64,000 nt of DNA from Spirochaetia bacterium (GCA_965208575.1 CBDBOV010000006.1:1184001-1248000), one strand, 5' to 3'. Positions 8,899 to 18,345 are shown, numbered from the stretch's first letter. Made by a program: numbers and translations. Notes: generated by a model from the sequence alone, not told the origin.

Positions 8899-10776
8899 GT
8901 GAGATGCATGAGGCAGTACGGTGACTCCGTGATATGGAAGACGATGAAAACCGATGCCCGAGCATCGCCGACCCACAGGAATTTCGGACCAGACAGCGTG
9001 CCGTCCCGGCAGATCGTGAGCACGGAAAAAATCGCGAAAAAACTGCGCACACCCCTTGACGCGATTTTCGGGGCTCATGGTGGCTCGCTACGGCCCGCGG
9101 CGGTCCCTCCGACTGCCCCGGAACGACTTGGCCTCCGTTGCCGCGACAGCGCCCCGTGGCGCGGCCTTCCGGGCGCCGTTTCGGCGCAGTCCAGGGCTCG
9201 GAAAAAGCTGCAGGACGGCTCGCTGAACCTGAGCAACGCGGCGCAACTGCAGAACCTGTTCGAGCGCAACGACCGCAGCCGGGGCCGCCCGCCGGTAAGT
9301 ACCGGAGCAGGTGGCGCCGTGGGCGGTGCGCCGCCGAGTGACGGCGCACCGGGCGAGCCGGGACCGGCGGCGCCGGCGCACGGCGGCGAGCACGATCCGG
9401 CGCCACCGGCAGCCGGGCCGGTGCTGGACGCGGCGGCGCGGGAGAAGCTGGTCCGGCAGGCGGCGGGCAAGAGCACGCGCGAAGTGCAGCAGATGCTGGC
9501 CGAGGTGGACCCGGAGTTGGCGCAGCCGAGCGACCGGTTGCGCGCGCTCGGAGGCGGGCGCTGGGAGTTGAAGGCGGCGGTCGACGCGGAGTGCCGGCAT
9601 GGGCTGGAGAAGCTGCTGATGCTGCTGTCGCACACGGATCCGCACCTGACGCTGGGCGGGCTGGTGGCGCGGCTGGTGCGCGACGGCCTGGACCGCTACG
9701 ACCCGGCGCGGCCGCCGCGTGTGCGGCGTACGGGCGGTGGCGGCTCGGTCGACGGCGCAGGATCCGCGAGCACGCCGGCGCTACCGGTCAGCGGTGAGCT
9801 CAACGGTTCGCCGGCGAATCGCCACGCCGAGGCCGAACTCGGTCGGGCGTCGCGTGCGGTGACGCAGGACGGCGACGGTGGGGCGGTGTCGGCGGCGAAA
9901 CAGCGTGCGGAGGACGCGTGCGGCGGCGCGAAGTCGGCGGCTGCGAATGACCTGCCCGGTCCCTCGGCCCCGAAGCGGCCTGCGGAAGTCGAGCATGGCG
10001 AAACGAACTCCACGGCGGTGCGGGATATTGTCCGCTGCTCCGATTCGGCGCCGAAGGAGTCCGCGCCGGTGGGGGACAGAGAGGGGCACACCACTTCGCT
10101 GGCGAAGCGCCACTCGGTCACCGGGCACGGCAGCGCGTCACGGGCGGCGGCGCCGCACAGCGGTGCGCACACCACTTCGCCAGCGAAGTGCCGATCCGAA
10201 GCCCAACCCGGGCGCAGGCCGCACGCGGTGGCACGGAACGGCACCGGTCCGGCGGTTCCGGCGGCGAAGCGGGACACGGAGGCCGAGCGCGGCGGTTCGA
10301 AGTCCGCGCCGGTGCGGGACACGGTCCGGCGCTCGGAGTCGGCGGCGAAGCGGCTTGCGTACGCCGCCGGGCATGGCGCGGTGGGGCCGGCGGTGCGTTC
10401 GCCGGCAGTGGAGCGGCACCTTGCCGCGTTGCGCAGCCTCGGCGCGGTGCCGGGCTCCCGGTCGCGGTACATCCCGGTAGCGGTGAAGCGGGAGGTGTGG
10501 CGCCGCGACCAGGGTTGTTGCACCTATGTCGACCGCCGCAGCGGGCGGCGCTGCGGCTCCCGCTATCGGCTGGAGATCGACCACATCGTGCCGTTCGCGC
10601 TCGGCGGCGGCGCGGAGCCGCGGAATCTGACGCTCCATTGTCGAGCGCACCACAGGTTGCGCCACGCTCAGCGCCATGCTCACGCCGAGAGTGTGCCGAA
10701 TGAAGCCCGGCGCGCTCCGGTCTCCGCGGTCGATCCGAACGAACACGGGCGGACCGTCGGATCGCATGCGGTGTAA
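8899..10776 (+). CDS. HNH endonuclease-domain protein (DUF222-like architecture), probably 5'-truncated; true start uncertain
   Basis: C-terminal RYIPVAVKREVWRRDQGCC...CGS...EIDHIVPFALGG...NL-LHC-AHH. Family-like sequence begins only near 9195 (KKLQDGSLNLSNAAQLQ); the first ~100 codons look non-coding. Confidence 0.75.
   Translation: MRCMRQYGDSVIWKTMKTDARASPTHRNFGPDSVPSRQIVSTEKIAKKLRTPLDAIFGAHGGSLRPAAVPPTAPERLGLRCRDSAPWRGLPGAVSAQSRARKKLQDGSLNLSNAAQLQNLFERNDRSRGRPPVSTGAGGAVGGAPPSDGAPGEPGPAAPAHGGEHDPAPPAAGPVLDAAAREKLVRQAAGKSTREVQQMLAEVDPELAQPSDRLRALGGGRWELKAAVDAECRHGLEKLLMLLSHTDPHLTLGGLVARLVRDGLDRYDPARPPRVRRTGGGGSVDGAGSASTPALPVSGELNGSPANRHAEAELGRASRAVTQDGDGGAVSAAKQRAEDACGGAKSAAANDLPGPSAPKRPAEVEHGETNSTAVRDIVRCSDSAPKESAPVGDREGHTTSLAKRHSVTGHGSASRAAAPHSGAHTTSPAKCRSEAQPGRRPHAVARNGTGPAVPAAKRDTEAERGGSKSAPVRDTVRRSESAAKRLAYAAGHGAVGPAVRSPAVERHLAALRSLGAVPGSRSRYIPVAVKREVWRRDQGCCTYVDRRSGRRCGSRYRLEIDHIVPFALGGGAEPRNLTLHCRAHHRLRHAQRHAHAESVPNEARRAPVSAVDPNEHGRTVGSHAV
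9807..10410 (+). repeat. Degenerate 81-bp (27-aa) tandem array with palindromic TTCG-N4-CGAA core inside the HNH gene
   Basis: Core codons at 9808, 9889, 9964, 10045, 10096, 10177, 10258 and 10339 (spacings 81,75,81,51,81,81,81), encoding S-[PA]-[AP]-K-like motifs. Confidence 0.75.
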
Positions 10777-10945
10777 GGCCGCGCTCCATCGCGCCGCCGA
10801 TCCAGTTCGCCAGTCCCCGGATGTTCGCATCCGTGCCATCGAGCGGGTAGACCATGCTGCAATGACCTGCGTACCGCTTTCCGCGTTCGCACCCTCCGAC
10901 GCGCAAGCCTCGACACGGTTCCAGGGTCCATGATAACGTCGATCC

Positions 10946-11266
10946 GTGACCGCACGAATATGGTTGTCCTTTGATCTCGGTGTGCGAGGAGACTACAGTT
11001 CTCTGTACGCTTGGCTCGACGACATTGAAGCCGAAGAGTGCGGCAGCAGCGTAGCCACCCTCCGTTTCAAATACGATGGCGACCTGCTTGAGTCGCTCAA
11101 GTCTGAAATCGAAAACGTCGTTTCTTTGAGCAAACAGTCACGCATTTACGTGGTTTACAAAGAGAACGGAAAATCGAAGGGCAAGTACATCTTCGGGCGC
11201 CGCAAGCGTTCCCCCTGGGATGGCTATGGTACCGTCGACGACGGTTACGATGACGACGACGAGTAA
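10946..11266 (+). CDS. Small hypothetical protein, possible Cas2/VapD-like ferredoxin fold, acidic tail
   Basis: N-terminal IWLSFDL...DY..LYAWL. TAACGT lies 6 nt before the GTG start, and the stop overlaps the start of the PIN gene. Confidence 0.65.
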   Translation: MTARIWLSFDLGVRGDYSSLYAWLDDIEAEECGSSVATLRFKYDGDLLESLKSEIENVVSLSKQSRIYVVYKENGKSKGKYIFGRRKRSPWDGYGTVDDGYDDDDE

Positions 11267-11682
11267 TGCAGCGCATATTGATCGATTCCGGGTTCTTCTT
11301 CGCACTCGTAGAACCGCGTGATCGTCATCATTACGAGGCGCTTGACAGACAGCATTGGCTGGACCTGTTCCCTGCCGTCTTGCCCTGGCCCATCTTGTAC
11401 GAGACGGTCAATACAAGGCTCGTCCGCGACCCGGACAAGGTTGTTCAGTTTGAACGCTTGGCCAACGCTCCCGCGACAGAGTTTGTCGACGATTCCCCCT
11501 ATCGCCGCGCGGCTTACGAGGACGTGATTGCGCGTGCCAAAGCCGGACATCCGTTGAGTCTGGTAGACGCCGTACTGCACGCCATCATCACTGATCCGGA
11601 CATCAGGGTGGACGCCATGCTGACGTTCAACCTGAGCGACTTCGGTAACGTCTGTAGCGAACGCGGTATCGACATCCTCTAG
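11266..11682 (+). CDS. PIN-domain (VapC-like) ribonuclease
   Basis: ILIDSGFFFAL..PRDRHH, LYET, LSLVDA and LTFNLSDF acidic PIN motifs. Confidence 0.85.
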   Translation: MQRILIDSGFFFALVEPRDRHHYEALDRQHWLDLFPAVLPWPILYETVNTRLVRDPDKVVQFERLANAPATEFVDDSPYRRAAYEDVIARAKAGHPLSLVDAVLHAIITDPDIRVDAMLTFNLSDFGNVCSERGIDIL

Positions 11683-11694
11683 TCTGATGCAACC

Positions 11695-12369
11695 TCAGAA
11701 GGAGAGGCTCAGGGCTTCGGTTACGAAGCGCATGAAGGGGGTGGCGTGCGACCAGTGCTCCTCCAGCCGGGCCGGGAAGTCGGCGGCGGTTACCACGTGC
11801 CGATCGATCGTGCCGGTCAACACGAAGTCCTTGCGCTTCAGGTCTTCGATCAGGGGGTGGTCGCCGGCAAAACCGCGCGGCGGGCGTTTGAGGGAGTCTC
11901 CACCCATGGCAAGGCCGACCGCCTGCGCCGCGTCAAGGGCCTCCGGCCAGCGGGTCTGATTCCGGTCGATGGCGGCGCGCACCTGCTGCGCCTGCGCGGT
12001 GGCAGGCCTCCACAGCCCGCACGCCACGAAGCACGCCGCCGGTTCCAGGTGCAGGTAGTAGCCGGGCGCGTGCACGTCCTTGGCGCGCTCGTGGCGGAAG
12101 TGGATGCCGGCGGCAGTCTTGTAGGGCGACTTGTCCTTCGAGAAGCGCACGTCGCGGTAGATCCGGAACAGCGAGCCGCCCACCGGACGCGGGTCGGCGA
12201 CGAAGCGGGGGCTCAGGCGCTCCAAACGCTCGTCGAAGCCGCCGATGAAGGCCAGCAGCGGCCCCTTCACCTGCTCCTCGTAGCGGCTCTTGTTGGCCTG
12301 GAACCAGGTGCGGTCGTTGTTTTCCTTCAGTTCGGCGAGGAAGTCGAACAGTTCCGCGGGCAGCGCCAT
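11695..12369 (-). CDS. DUF2461 (TIGR02453) family protein
   Basis: FLAELKENNDRTWF, FRIYRDVRFSKDKSPYKT and LKRPPRGF motifs. Confidence 0.92.
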   Translation of the reverse strand: MALPAELFDFLAELKENNDRTWFQANKSRYEEQVKGPLLAFIGGFDERLERLSPRFVADPRPVGGSLFRIYRDVRFSKDKSPYKTAAGIHFRHERAKDVHAPGYYLHLEPAACFVACGLWRPATAQAQQVRAAIDRNQTRWPEALDAAQAVGLAMGGDSLKRPPRGFAGDHPLIEDLKRKDFVLTGTIDRHVVTAADFPARLEEHWSHATPFMRFVTEALSLSF

Positions 12370-12761
12370 CACTCGTCGAGCAGCGGCTTGGCGCGCGCCA
12401 CGATCTGGAACGCCACTCCCCAGGGGTCGCGCAGGAACTGCAGCACGTCGCCGTCCGGGTTGCGCACCGGCTCCCCGTCGATGCTGGCGCCGGCCGCCAC
12501 CAACCGGTCGCGGTCCGCCTCCATGGCGTCGGTCAGGAACGCCAGGTGTAGCTGGACCCGATCCCGCTCGCGCCACGCCGGCGGCGCCGGAGCCTCCCAA
12601 GTGTACAGCTCCAGCATGCTGCGCCCCGCCGAGTCGGTCACGAACGTCGCGTACGGCGGTGAGTCGCTGCTGCTCGCCACCTTCATGCCGAGATGCCGGA
12701 CGTACCAGGCCGACATCGCATGCACATCCGGAACGTTCAGCGCAATATGCTCCATTCTCAT
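12369..12761 (-). CDS. VOC/glyoxalase family protein
   Basis: EHIALNV, HLAF and FLRDPWG motifs. Confidence 0.9.
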   Translation of the reverse strand: MRMEHIALNVPDVHAMSAWYVRHLGMKVASSSDSPPYATFVTDSAGRSMLELYTWEAPAPPAWRERDRVQLHLAFLTDAMEADRDRLVAAGASIDGEPVRNPDGDVLQFLRDPWGVAFQIVARAKPLLDE

Positions 12762-12823
12762 GGCGCGTAAGCTACCCCGCCCGCCCCCGGCGGCGCCAGA
12801 CCGCCCTTGCCGCTCTCGGCGAC

Positions 12824-13969
12824 CTATTGCGATGCACTCCCGTAGAAGCCCGACCCGACGACGAACTCGACCTGCCTGGTGGTTCCATCCCGCCTCTGGA
12901 TTTCGTCGGAGAAAATGCGGACATAGCCCACCTTGGGGATGTCGACGCTATCGCTGTCGTCCGTGGGATCATCAAAATGGTACTCCACGAAGCCGCCTTC
13001 CGGGCCGCTTTCCGCCGCCTCGATCAACTGCGGCAGAATGAACTTTCCGGTCTTGGCGTCACGGGCGAACGGCACGAGAGGCTGTAACTCGTAGGTGTCC
13101 GGGAACCCGGCGTGAAACAGGATGAGCTCGCTGGTCAAATTCCAGACATAGAGGTACACGGAACCGTGCCGCCACGGCCCGTCGGGATCGCGCATGGCGA
13201 CCCTGGCCTTCGAGAATTCAGATGGATCACCGGTCTTCACAAGCTCTATGAAGTAGTTTCCCGCTTCCGTGACGAATTCCTTCAGAGTCTCGCGGTCAAC
13301 CACGTCCGCGGCCGTAACTTCCGCGTCGCCGTAATCGATTTGTTCCTCAGCCAGGTCAACCAGGTGAGTTTCGTTGAGATCGAGTCCCGCGAGCAGAACT
13401 GCGGGAGTCTTGAAACTGAGCGAGGTATAGGCGACCGCGTAGCCCGAATCACCGGGCACACCTGGTATATTGAACGGGCCGCCGTTCCCGGCTTCGGCTG
13501 CAGCGAACTCAGCCCGGGCCGCGGGGGTCCCCAGAAGTGCAGGGTCGATTCCCAACGCGCCAAGGATCTCTCCGTAGATCAGGGGCTTGAGCAGCCTGCC
13601 CGACAAGGACATGTCCTTGGCTTGGACGTTCACCCGTCCGTCGTGCGTCAGGGTCACGAGATAGGTGGAACCGGAACGCCAGGGACTCTCGTCCTGTCTG
13701 ATGAGACATCCGAGATATTGAGCTTGTCCAGGCGTGGTAAGCGCGGCTTGCTCTCGAAAGCGAACGCGCGAACTGAGCGCGAAGTCCATCAGGCTGCCGG
13801 TGCCGTTCTCCACCTGCTGCGCCGTCACCAGCGGGGGCGCGACACGAGTCCCACCAGCGGGAAGCGGACACCGTCCCATCGGCTCCGCCTTCTTGGCAGT
13901 CGCTCCGGAGCACCCGGCAAGGGCGATTGCCACCAACAACGCGGTAACGAGAAGTCGTGAAGTCTGCAT
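12824..13969 (-). CDS. Lipoprotein with tandem Cache-like sensor domains and no output domain
   Basis: LAGC lipobox. Two internal repeats (PWRSGSTYL and PWRHGSVYL), plus GGFVEYHF...PKVGYV...VVGSGFY typical of single Cache domains. Confidence 0.7.
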   Translation of the reverse strand: MQTSRLLVTALLVAIALAGCSGATAKKAEPMGRCPLPAGGTRVAPPLVTAQQVENGTGSLMDFALSSRVRFREQAALTTPGQAQYLGCLIRQDESPWRSGSTYLVTLTHDGRVNVQAKDMSLSGRLLKPLIYGEILGALGIDPALLGTPAARAEFAAAEAGNGGPFNIPGVPGDSGYAVAYTSLSFKTPAVLLAGLDLNETHLVDLAEEQIDYGDAEVTAADVVDRETLKEFVTEAGNYFIELVKTGDPSEFSKARVAMRDPDGPWRHGSVYLYVWNLTSELILFHAGFPDTYELQPLVPFARDAKTGKFILPQLIEAAESGPEGGFVEYHFDDPTDDSDSVDIPKVGYVRIFSDEIQRRDGTTRQVEFVVGSGFYGSASQ

Positions 13970-14216
13970 GCCGCAGATTATTGACCACACTGTTCAGATC
14001 AAGCAAGCCTCCCAAGCAAGCTCAGGTGGCGTGCGCGATGCTGCGAGGTCGAACGCCGTACGATCCCGAGCACCGGGATTGGGGCGAGCAGGCGGTGGAT
14101 CTCCTGCCAGCGGGCGGCGAAGCTGTCGTGGGCCGTCTCGGGCTCGGAGCCAAGCTCAAGGCAGGTCTTGGCGGCGAGTTGACCGAACTAACTTGTTATG
14201 TCCATGGTATACGTCC

Positions 14217-14489
14217 ATGGACGCACGCCAACAGACGATCGCCGCGGGCGAGTTCAAGCAGAAGTGCCTGGCCCTCATCGACGAGGTCGCCGCCACCGGC
14301 GCCCCGATCATCATCAGCAAGTATGGCAAACCGGTTGCCCGGCTGATGCCGCTTGAGACTCCCGAACAGGCCGAGGGCCGGATCCTCGCGGCGCTTCGCT
14401 CCGGTGAAGGGGGCATGCTCGTCGACGAGGAAACATTCCTGGCTCCCTCATCGGAGGTCGCCGGCTGGTCCTCCGACGCGGCAACGTGA
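14217..14489 (+). CDS. Phd/YefM family antitoxin
   Basis: IAAGEFKQKCLALIDEV...IIISKYGKPVARL; overlaps the PIN gene at GTGA. Confidence 0.92.
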   Translation: MDARQQTIAAGEFKQKCLALIDEVAATGAPIIISKYGKPVARLMPLETPEQAEGRILAALRSGEGGMLVDEETFLAPSSEVAGWSSDAAT

Positions 14490-14872
14490 TCACGCTCGAC
14501 ACCCACGCCGCCGTCTGGTGGACCCAGGCGCCCGAGCACCTCAGCCTGCCGGCGGCGGATGCCATTCGGCAGGCGGACCGCATCCTGGTCCCGGCGATCG
14601 TGTTCTGGGAGGCCTCCCTGTTGGTACACAAGGGTCGGCTGCAATTGAACGACAATCAGCCGGTTGGCGCCTGGGCGCAACAGGTGCTCGCAATCCCGCG
14701 CGTGCAGGAGATCCCGCTCACCGCCCGCATCGCACTCGCCGCCGATGCCGCCGACATGCATCCGGATCCCGCGGACCGGTTCATCGCGACCACCGCACAC
14801 CAGTTGGATGCGCCCCTGGTCACCAAGGATCGCCTCCTGCGTGACCTCCCCTGGCTGGCGACAACCTGGTGA
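14486..14872 (+). CDS. VapC/PIN toxin
   Basis: LDTHAAVWW, FWE, HPDPADRFIATTA and LVTKD motifs. Confidence 0.93.
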   Translation: MITLDTHAAVWWTQAPEHLSLPAADAIRQADRILVPAIVFWEASLLVHKGRLQLNDNQPVGAWAQQVLAIPRVQEIPLTARIALAADAADMHPDPADRFIATTAHQLDAPLVTKDRLLRDLPWLATTW

Positions 14873-15061
14873 CGACTTGGTGACGACCGTCACCGGGTGA
14901 ACGGACGCGGTACGTGTACGACGGTCAGATGGCGTGGGCTTCGAGCCAGTCGAGGGTGGCTTCGATGCCGAAGCCGCACCGCCAGGTCGACGTCGGCGCC
15001 CGCTGAGCGACCATTCCTCCCGACGGGCGGTCGTAAAGTGCTTCCGCGGCGTGATTGACCG

Positions 15062-15988
15062 CTACTCTTCCGGTGGTCCGGCGGTCGTGAAGGCTTCCAG
15101 GAAGCCGTTGACCATCCACACGAACAACAGGAAGGGGTACTCGGAGCCGGAGGAGGTGGCGGGGTAGCTGTTGCCGGTGCGGGCGTACACGGTCAGGGTG
15201 TGGGTCGCGCCCACCTCGGTCTTGAGGGTGACCTCCAGCACCTCGCCGCCGGGCTCCGGCGGCGACTCGGCATAGCGGAACGTGCTCAGGTTGGCCAGCC
15301 GCTGCAGCGACTCCGCCACCTTGGCGGAGTTCCACTCGCCGCCGCCGGCGGTCACCCACTCGGCAGCGCCGCCCTCCTCCAGCGGCGGGCGCTTGCGCAG
15401 CACCAGCTCCTCGCCGGGGCTGCGCGCCACGATCTCGCCCACCGTTTCGATGTCCACGGTCAGCACCAGCTTGTCGCGCAGCACGTCGCCCACCACCGGG
15501 AAGTAGTTGCCCAGGTCGCCCTCCGCCTGGTAGACGCGCCGGTCGCCCTCCACCTTCACGTAGGTGTGCTGGTAGGTGCGCGCCTCCTTGCCCAGCTCCA
15601 CGGTGCGCAGCACGCTGCCGCCGCCGAACGCGGTGACGCGCAGCGCCGACTCCGGGTCGAGCTCGAAGCGGCTGTAGGCGGCGTGCTCGGACACCAGGTC
15701 GGTGATCTGCAGCGTGGCCAGCGCCCGCACCATGGTGTCTACCTGGGCGGCGGCGGCGGGGAAGTCCTCCGGCTCCAGCACCCAGCCGTCGCCCTGCTTG
15801 CGCACCGCGACGCGGTTGTCGCCCTTGACGATCTCGAACCGGTCCACCTCTTCCATCGCCATCTCGGGCAGTTGCGGCAGGTCGTACAGCAGGCGGTCGC
15901 GGTTGCGCAGCCCCAGGTAGAGCGCCAGACCCACGATGATCAGCGCCGGCAGCGCGTACCGGATCAGAATTCGGTCCAGGCTCATCAC
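15062..15988 (-). CDS. DUF4340 domain membrane-anchored protein
   Basis: N-terminal TM, W-LEP and LRDK motifs; last gene of a GldAFG-like operon. Confidence 0.8.
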   Translation of the reverse strand: MMSLDRILIRYALPALIIVGLALYLGLRNRDRLLYDLPQLPEMAMEEVDRFEIVKGDNRVAVRKQGDGWVLEPEDFPAAAAQVDTMVRALATLQITDLVSEHAAYSRFELDPESALRVTAFGGGSVLRTVELGKEARTYQHTYVKVEGDRRVYQAEGDLGNYFPVVGDVLRDKLVLTVDIETVGEIVARSPGEELVLRKRPPLEEGGAAEWVTAGGGEWNSAKVAESLQRLANLSTFRYAESPPEPGGEVLEVTLKTEVGATHTLTVYARTGNSYPATSSGSEYPFLLFVWMVNGFLEAFTTAGPPEE

Positions 15989-18345
15989 GACGTGCCCTCC
16001 GATGAGCGCTTCGACTTCGCCGCCCCGCCCTCGCCGGTACCGCCGCCATCACGTGCACCGCGGCCTCGGGTGGCGCGCCCCGCGGATGCCTGCGGGTCCG
16101 CGCCGGCACCGCTGCCACCTCCGCCTCTGCCACCGGCTCGGCCGCCGCCGGTGCCCGGCGTACCGCTCGTGGAACCGCTTCCGGAGGCGGGATTGCCGTA
16201 TTCCGCGCGGATGCGGTTGCGGTGCAGGCCGCCGAGGATCCACACCAGGATGCCGATGACGATCACCAGCGCCGGCAGGCCGGCGACCGCGAACGTCTTG
16301 ATGGCGGTGCGCGCCGGCGGCTCGATCTCGCGCAACGGCCGCACCCGGCGCCCCTTGCTGCGCATCTCGGCGCGTTCGTCGCGCCCGTTCATGGCGTCGA
16401 TCAGGTTGAGCAGGAACAGCGAGTTGGGGTTGCGGCCCTGCACGTCGATGAAGCCGCTGCCCAGGATGGCCGAGGTGCCGACCACGAACAGCCGGCCCTC
16501 GCCCTCCGCCGTGAAGCTCGCCTCCGCTTGCAGTTCCTCGGCGGAGATCAGCGGCGCCGCCTCCTCCTCGTCCTCGTCCTGCGAACTCGGCTCGTCGCGC
16601 GGGCGTTCGGGAATCTCGCGGTCGGCGAAGTAGCTGGTAAAGGCGCCCTCGGCCAGGACCGCCAGCGGGAACGACGTGCGCACGTCCTCGCCCGGCGGCT
16701 CGGCGCCCATCAGGTCGATCTGCCCTTCCATCTCCCAGGCGGTCGGCGAGGTGCGCAGCGCCACGGTGTAGTCCACGCCCGGCTGGCCGCCGCCCACCAC
16801 CGTCAGCGGCGACACGTTGAGCATCACCAGCTCCTCCAGGCCGGCCAGGAACGGCACATCGCGGTCGATCTCGTCCTCCTTGAGCAGCGGCGCGAAGTAG
16901 ATCTCGCTCTCCACGTAGCCGCCGCGCTGCGACGCCTGGCGCTGCACGAACGACTGCTCGTCCAGGACGTAGGACTGCTCCAGGCGCACGCCGTAGTGCT
17001 CCAGCATCGCCTCCAGGCCGGTCTCGCGCGGCAGGTGGAAGGCGCCGCCGCCGCCGAAACCGCTGCCCTGGCTGATCCAGATGTGGTGCGAGTCCAGGAA
17101 CAGCATCAGCGAACCGCCGCGCAGCAGGAATTGGTCGATCTGGAACAGCGCCCACTCGTTGAGCGGCTCCTGCGGACCCACCACCAGCATGCTGCGCACC
17201 CCCTCCGGCACGAAGCGGTCCTCCAGCAGCAGGCCGCGGAAGGTGTACTCCTGCGACACCAGTTGGAACAGGTTGGACAGCTCCGCCTCCACCACGTCGG
17301 TGGGGGTGGTGGCGTTGGCGCGCCCGCGGTAGGGCGGCGTCTCGAAGTCGGCCAGGTAGCCCATCTCCTCCTGGGTGCCGAGGATGTTCTTGAGGGTGTC
17401 GTCCAGGGAGCGGCGGATCGTATCCAGGTCGGCGAGCTGGTAGCCCATGACGCTGCTCTGCAGCAGGTTCATGGTGATGGTGGTGCCCTCCGAGGTCACC
17501 GACAGGCCGGCGTAGGCCAACTCGGCGCTGCCATCGGGCGCCTGCAACTGCAGCGGCGCCAGCCGCAGCCGGCGGCCCTCGTCGATCGGCACGGTGTCCT
17601 CGTTGGCGTCGACAAGCTCGAACCGCAGGCGGTCGAAGTAGCTGGCGTTGAGCTCCTTGACCAGCGCCTCGATCTCGCCGGGCACCTGGTCCACGCCCGG
17701 CGCCAGCGCCGCCAGCGGCGACGAGAAGTAGAGCGTGACCCGGATGTCCTCCTCCAGCGCCACCAGCCGGCTGACGCGCTCGGTGAGCTTGCTGATCGCC
17801 TCGGTGATGGTCAGCTCCAACTGGCCGGTGTCGGTGATCGACGAGATGGTCTCGATCAGGTCGCCGTGGATCAGCGCCATGCCGAGGTAGGCGGTGCTCA
17901 GGGTCACCTCGTCGCGGTCGAGCTGCTCGATCTGGATCGGGTAGATCAGGTACTGGCGGGCCAGCTCCTCGTTGGCGATCGCCTCCTCCTGGCCCACCTC
18001 CTCGGCGCCCATGGAGACGAACTGGAAGTTGAACAGGTCGCCGCCGTGCACGGCGTACTCGTCGAGCAGGTCGCGCACCGCCTGCTCCACCGTGTTGTAG
18101 GGGGCGGGCAGGTTGGGGGTGAAGAAGGCGCGGATGGTGAGCGGCTCGCGCAGCGCGCTGACCGCATCGATGCTCGGCGGCGACAGCTTGTACAACCCCG
18201 ACTCGGTGACGTCGAAGCGCTGAAACAGTCCGGATGCCGACGACACGTTGATCATCACCAGCGCGCCGGCGAACAGCACGATCTCCACCACGCGCAGGCC
18301 GGTGCGCAGCGGCTTGTGCCCGGTCATCCCGGTCGTCCCGCTCAT
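15985..18345 (-). CDS. GldG-like ABC transporter auxiliary component
   Basis: RFDVTESGLYKLSPPS, IRAFFTPNLP, IDQFLLRGG and N-LFLLNLID motifs; C-terminal TM and Gly-rich tail. Confidence 0.87.
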   Translation of the reverse strand: MSGTTGMTGHKPLRTGLRVVEIVLFAGALVMINVSSASGLFQRFDVTESGLYKLSPPSIDAVSALREPLTIRAFFTPNLPAPYNTVEQAVRDLLDEYAVHGGDLFNFQFVSMGAEEVGQEEAIANEELARQYLIYPIQIEQLDRDEVTLSTAYLGMALIHGDLIETISSITDTGQLELTITEAISKLTERVSRLVALEEDIRVTLYFSSPLAALAPGVDQVPGEIEALVKELNASYFDRLRFELVDANEDTVPIDEGRRLRLAPLQLQAPDGSAELAYAGLSVTSEGTTITMNLLQSSVMGYQLADLDTIRRSLDDTLKNILGTQEEMGYLADFETPPYRGRANATTPTDVVEAELSNLFQLVSQEYTFRGLLLEDRFVPEGVRSMLVVGPQEPLNEWALFQIDQFLLRGGSLMLFLDSHHIWISQGSGFGGGGAFHLPRETGLEAMLEHYGVRLEQSYVLDEQSFVQRQASQRGGYVESEIYFAPLLKEDEIDRDVPFLAGLEELVMLNVSPLTVVGGGQPGVDYTVALRTSPTAWEMEGQIDLMGAEPPGEDVRTSFPLAVLAEGAFTSYFADREIPERPRDEPSSQDEDEEEAAPLISAEELQAEASFTAEGEGRLFVVGTSAILGSGFIDVQGRNPNSLFLLNLIDAMNGRDERAEMRSKGRRVRPLREIEPPARTAIKTFAVAGLPALVIVIGILVWILGGLHRNRIRAEYGNPASGSGSTSGTPGTGGGRAGGRGGGGSGAGADPQASAGRATRGRGARDGGGTGEGGAAKSKRSSEGTS

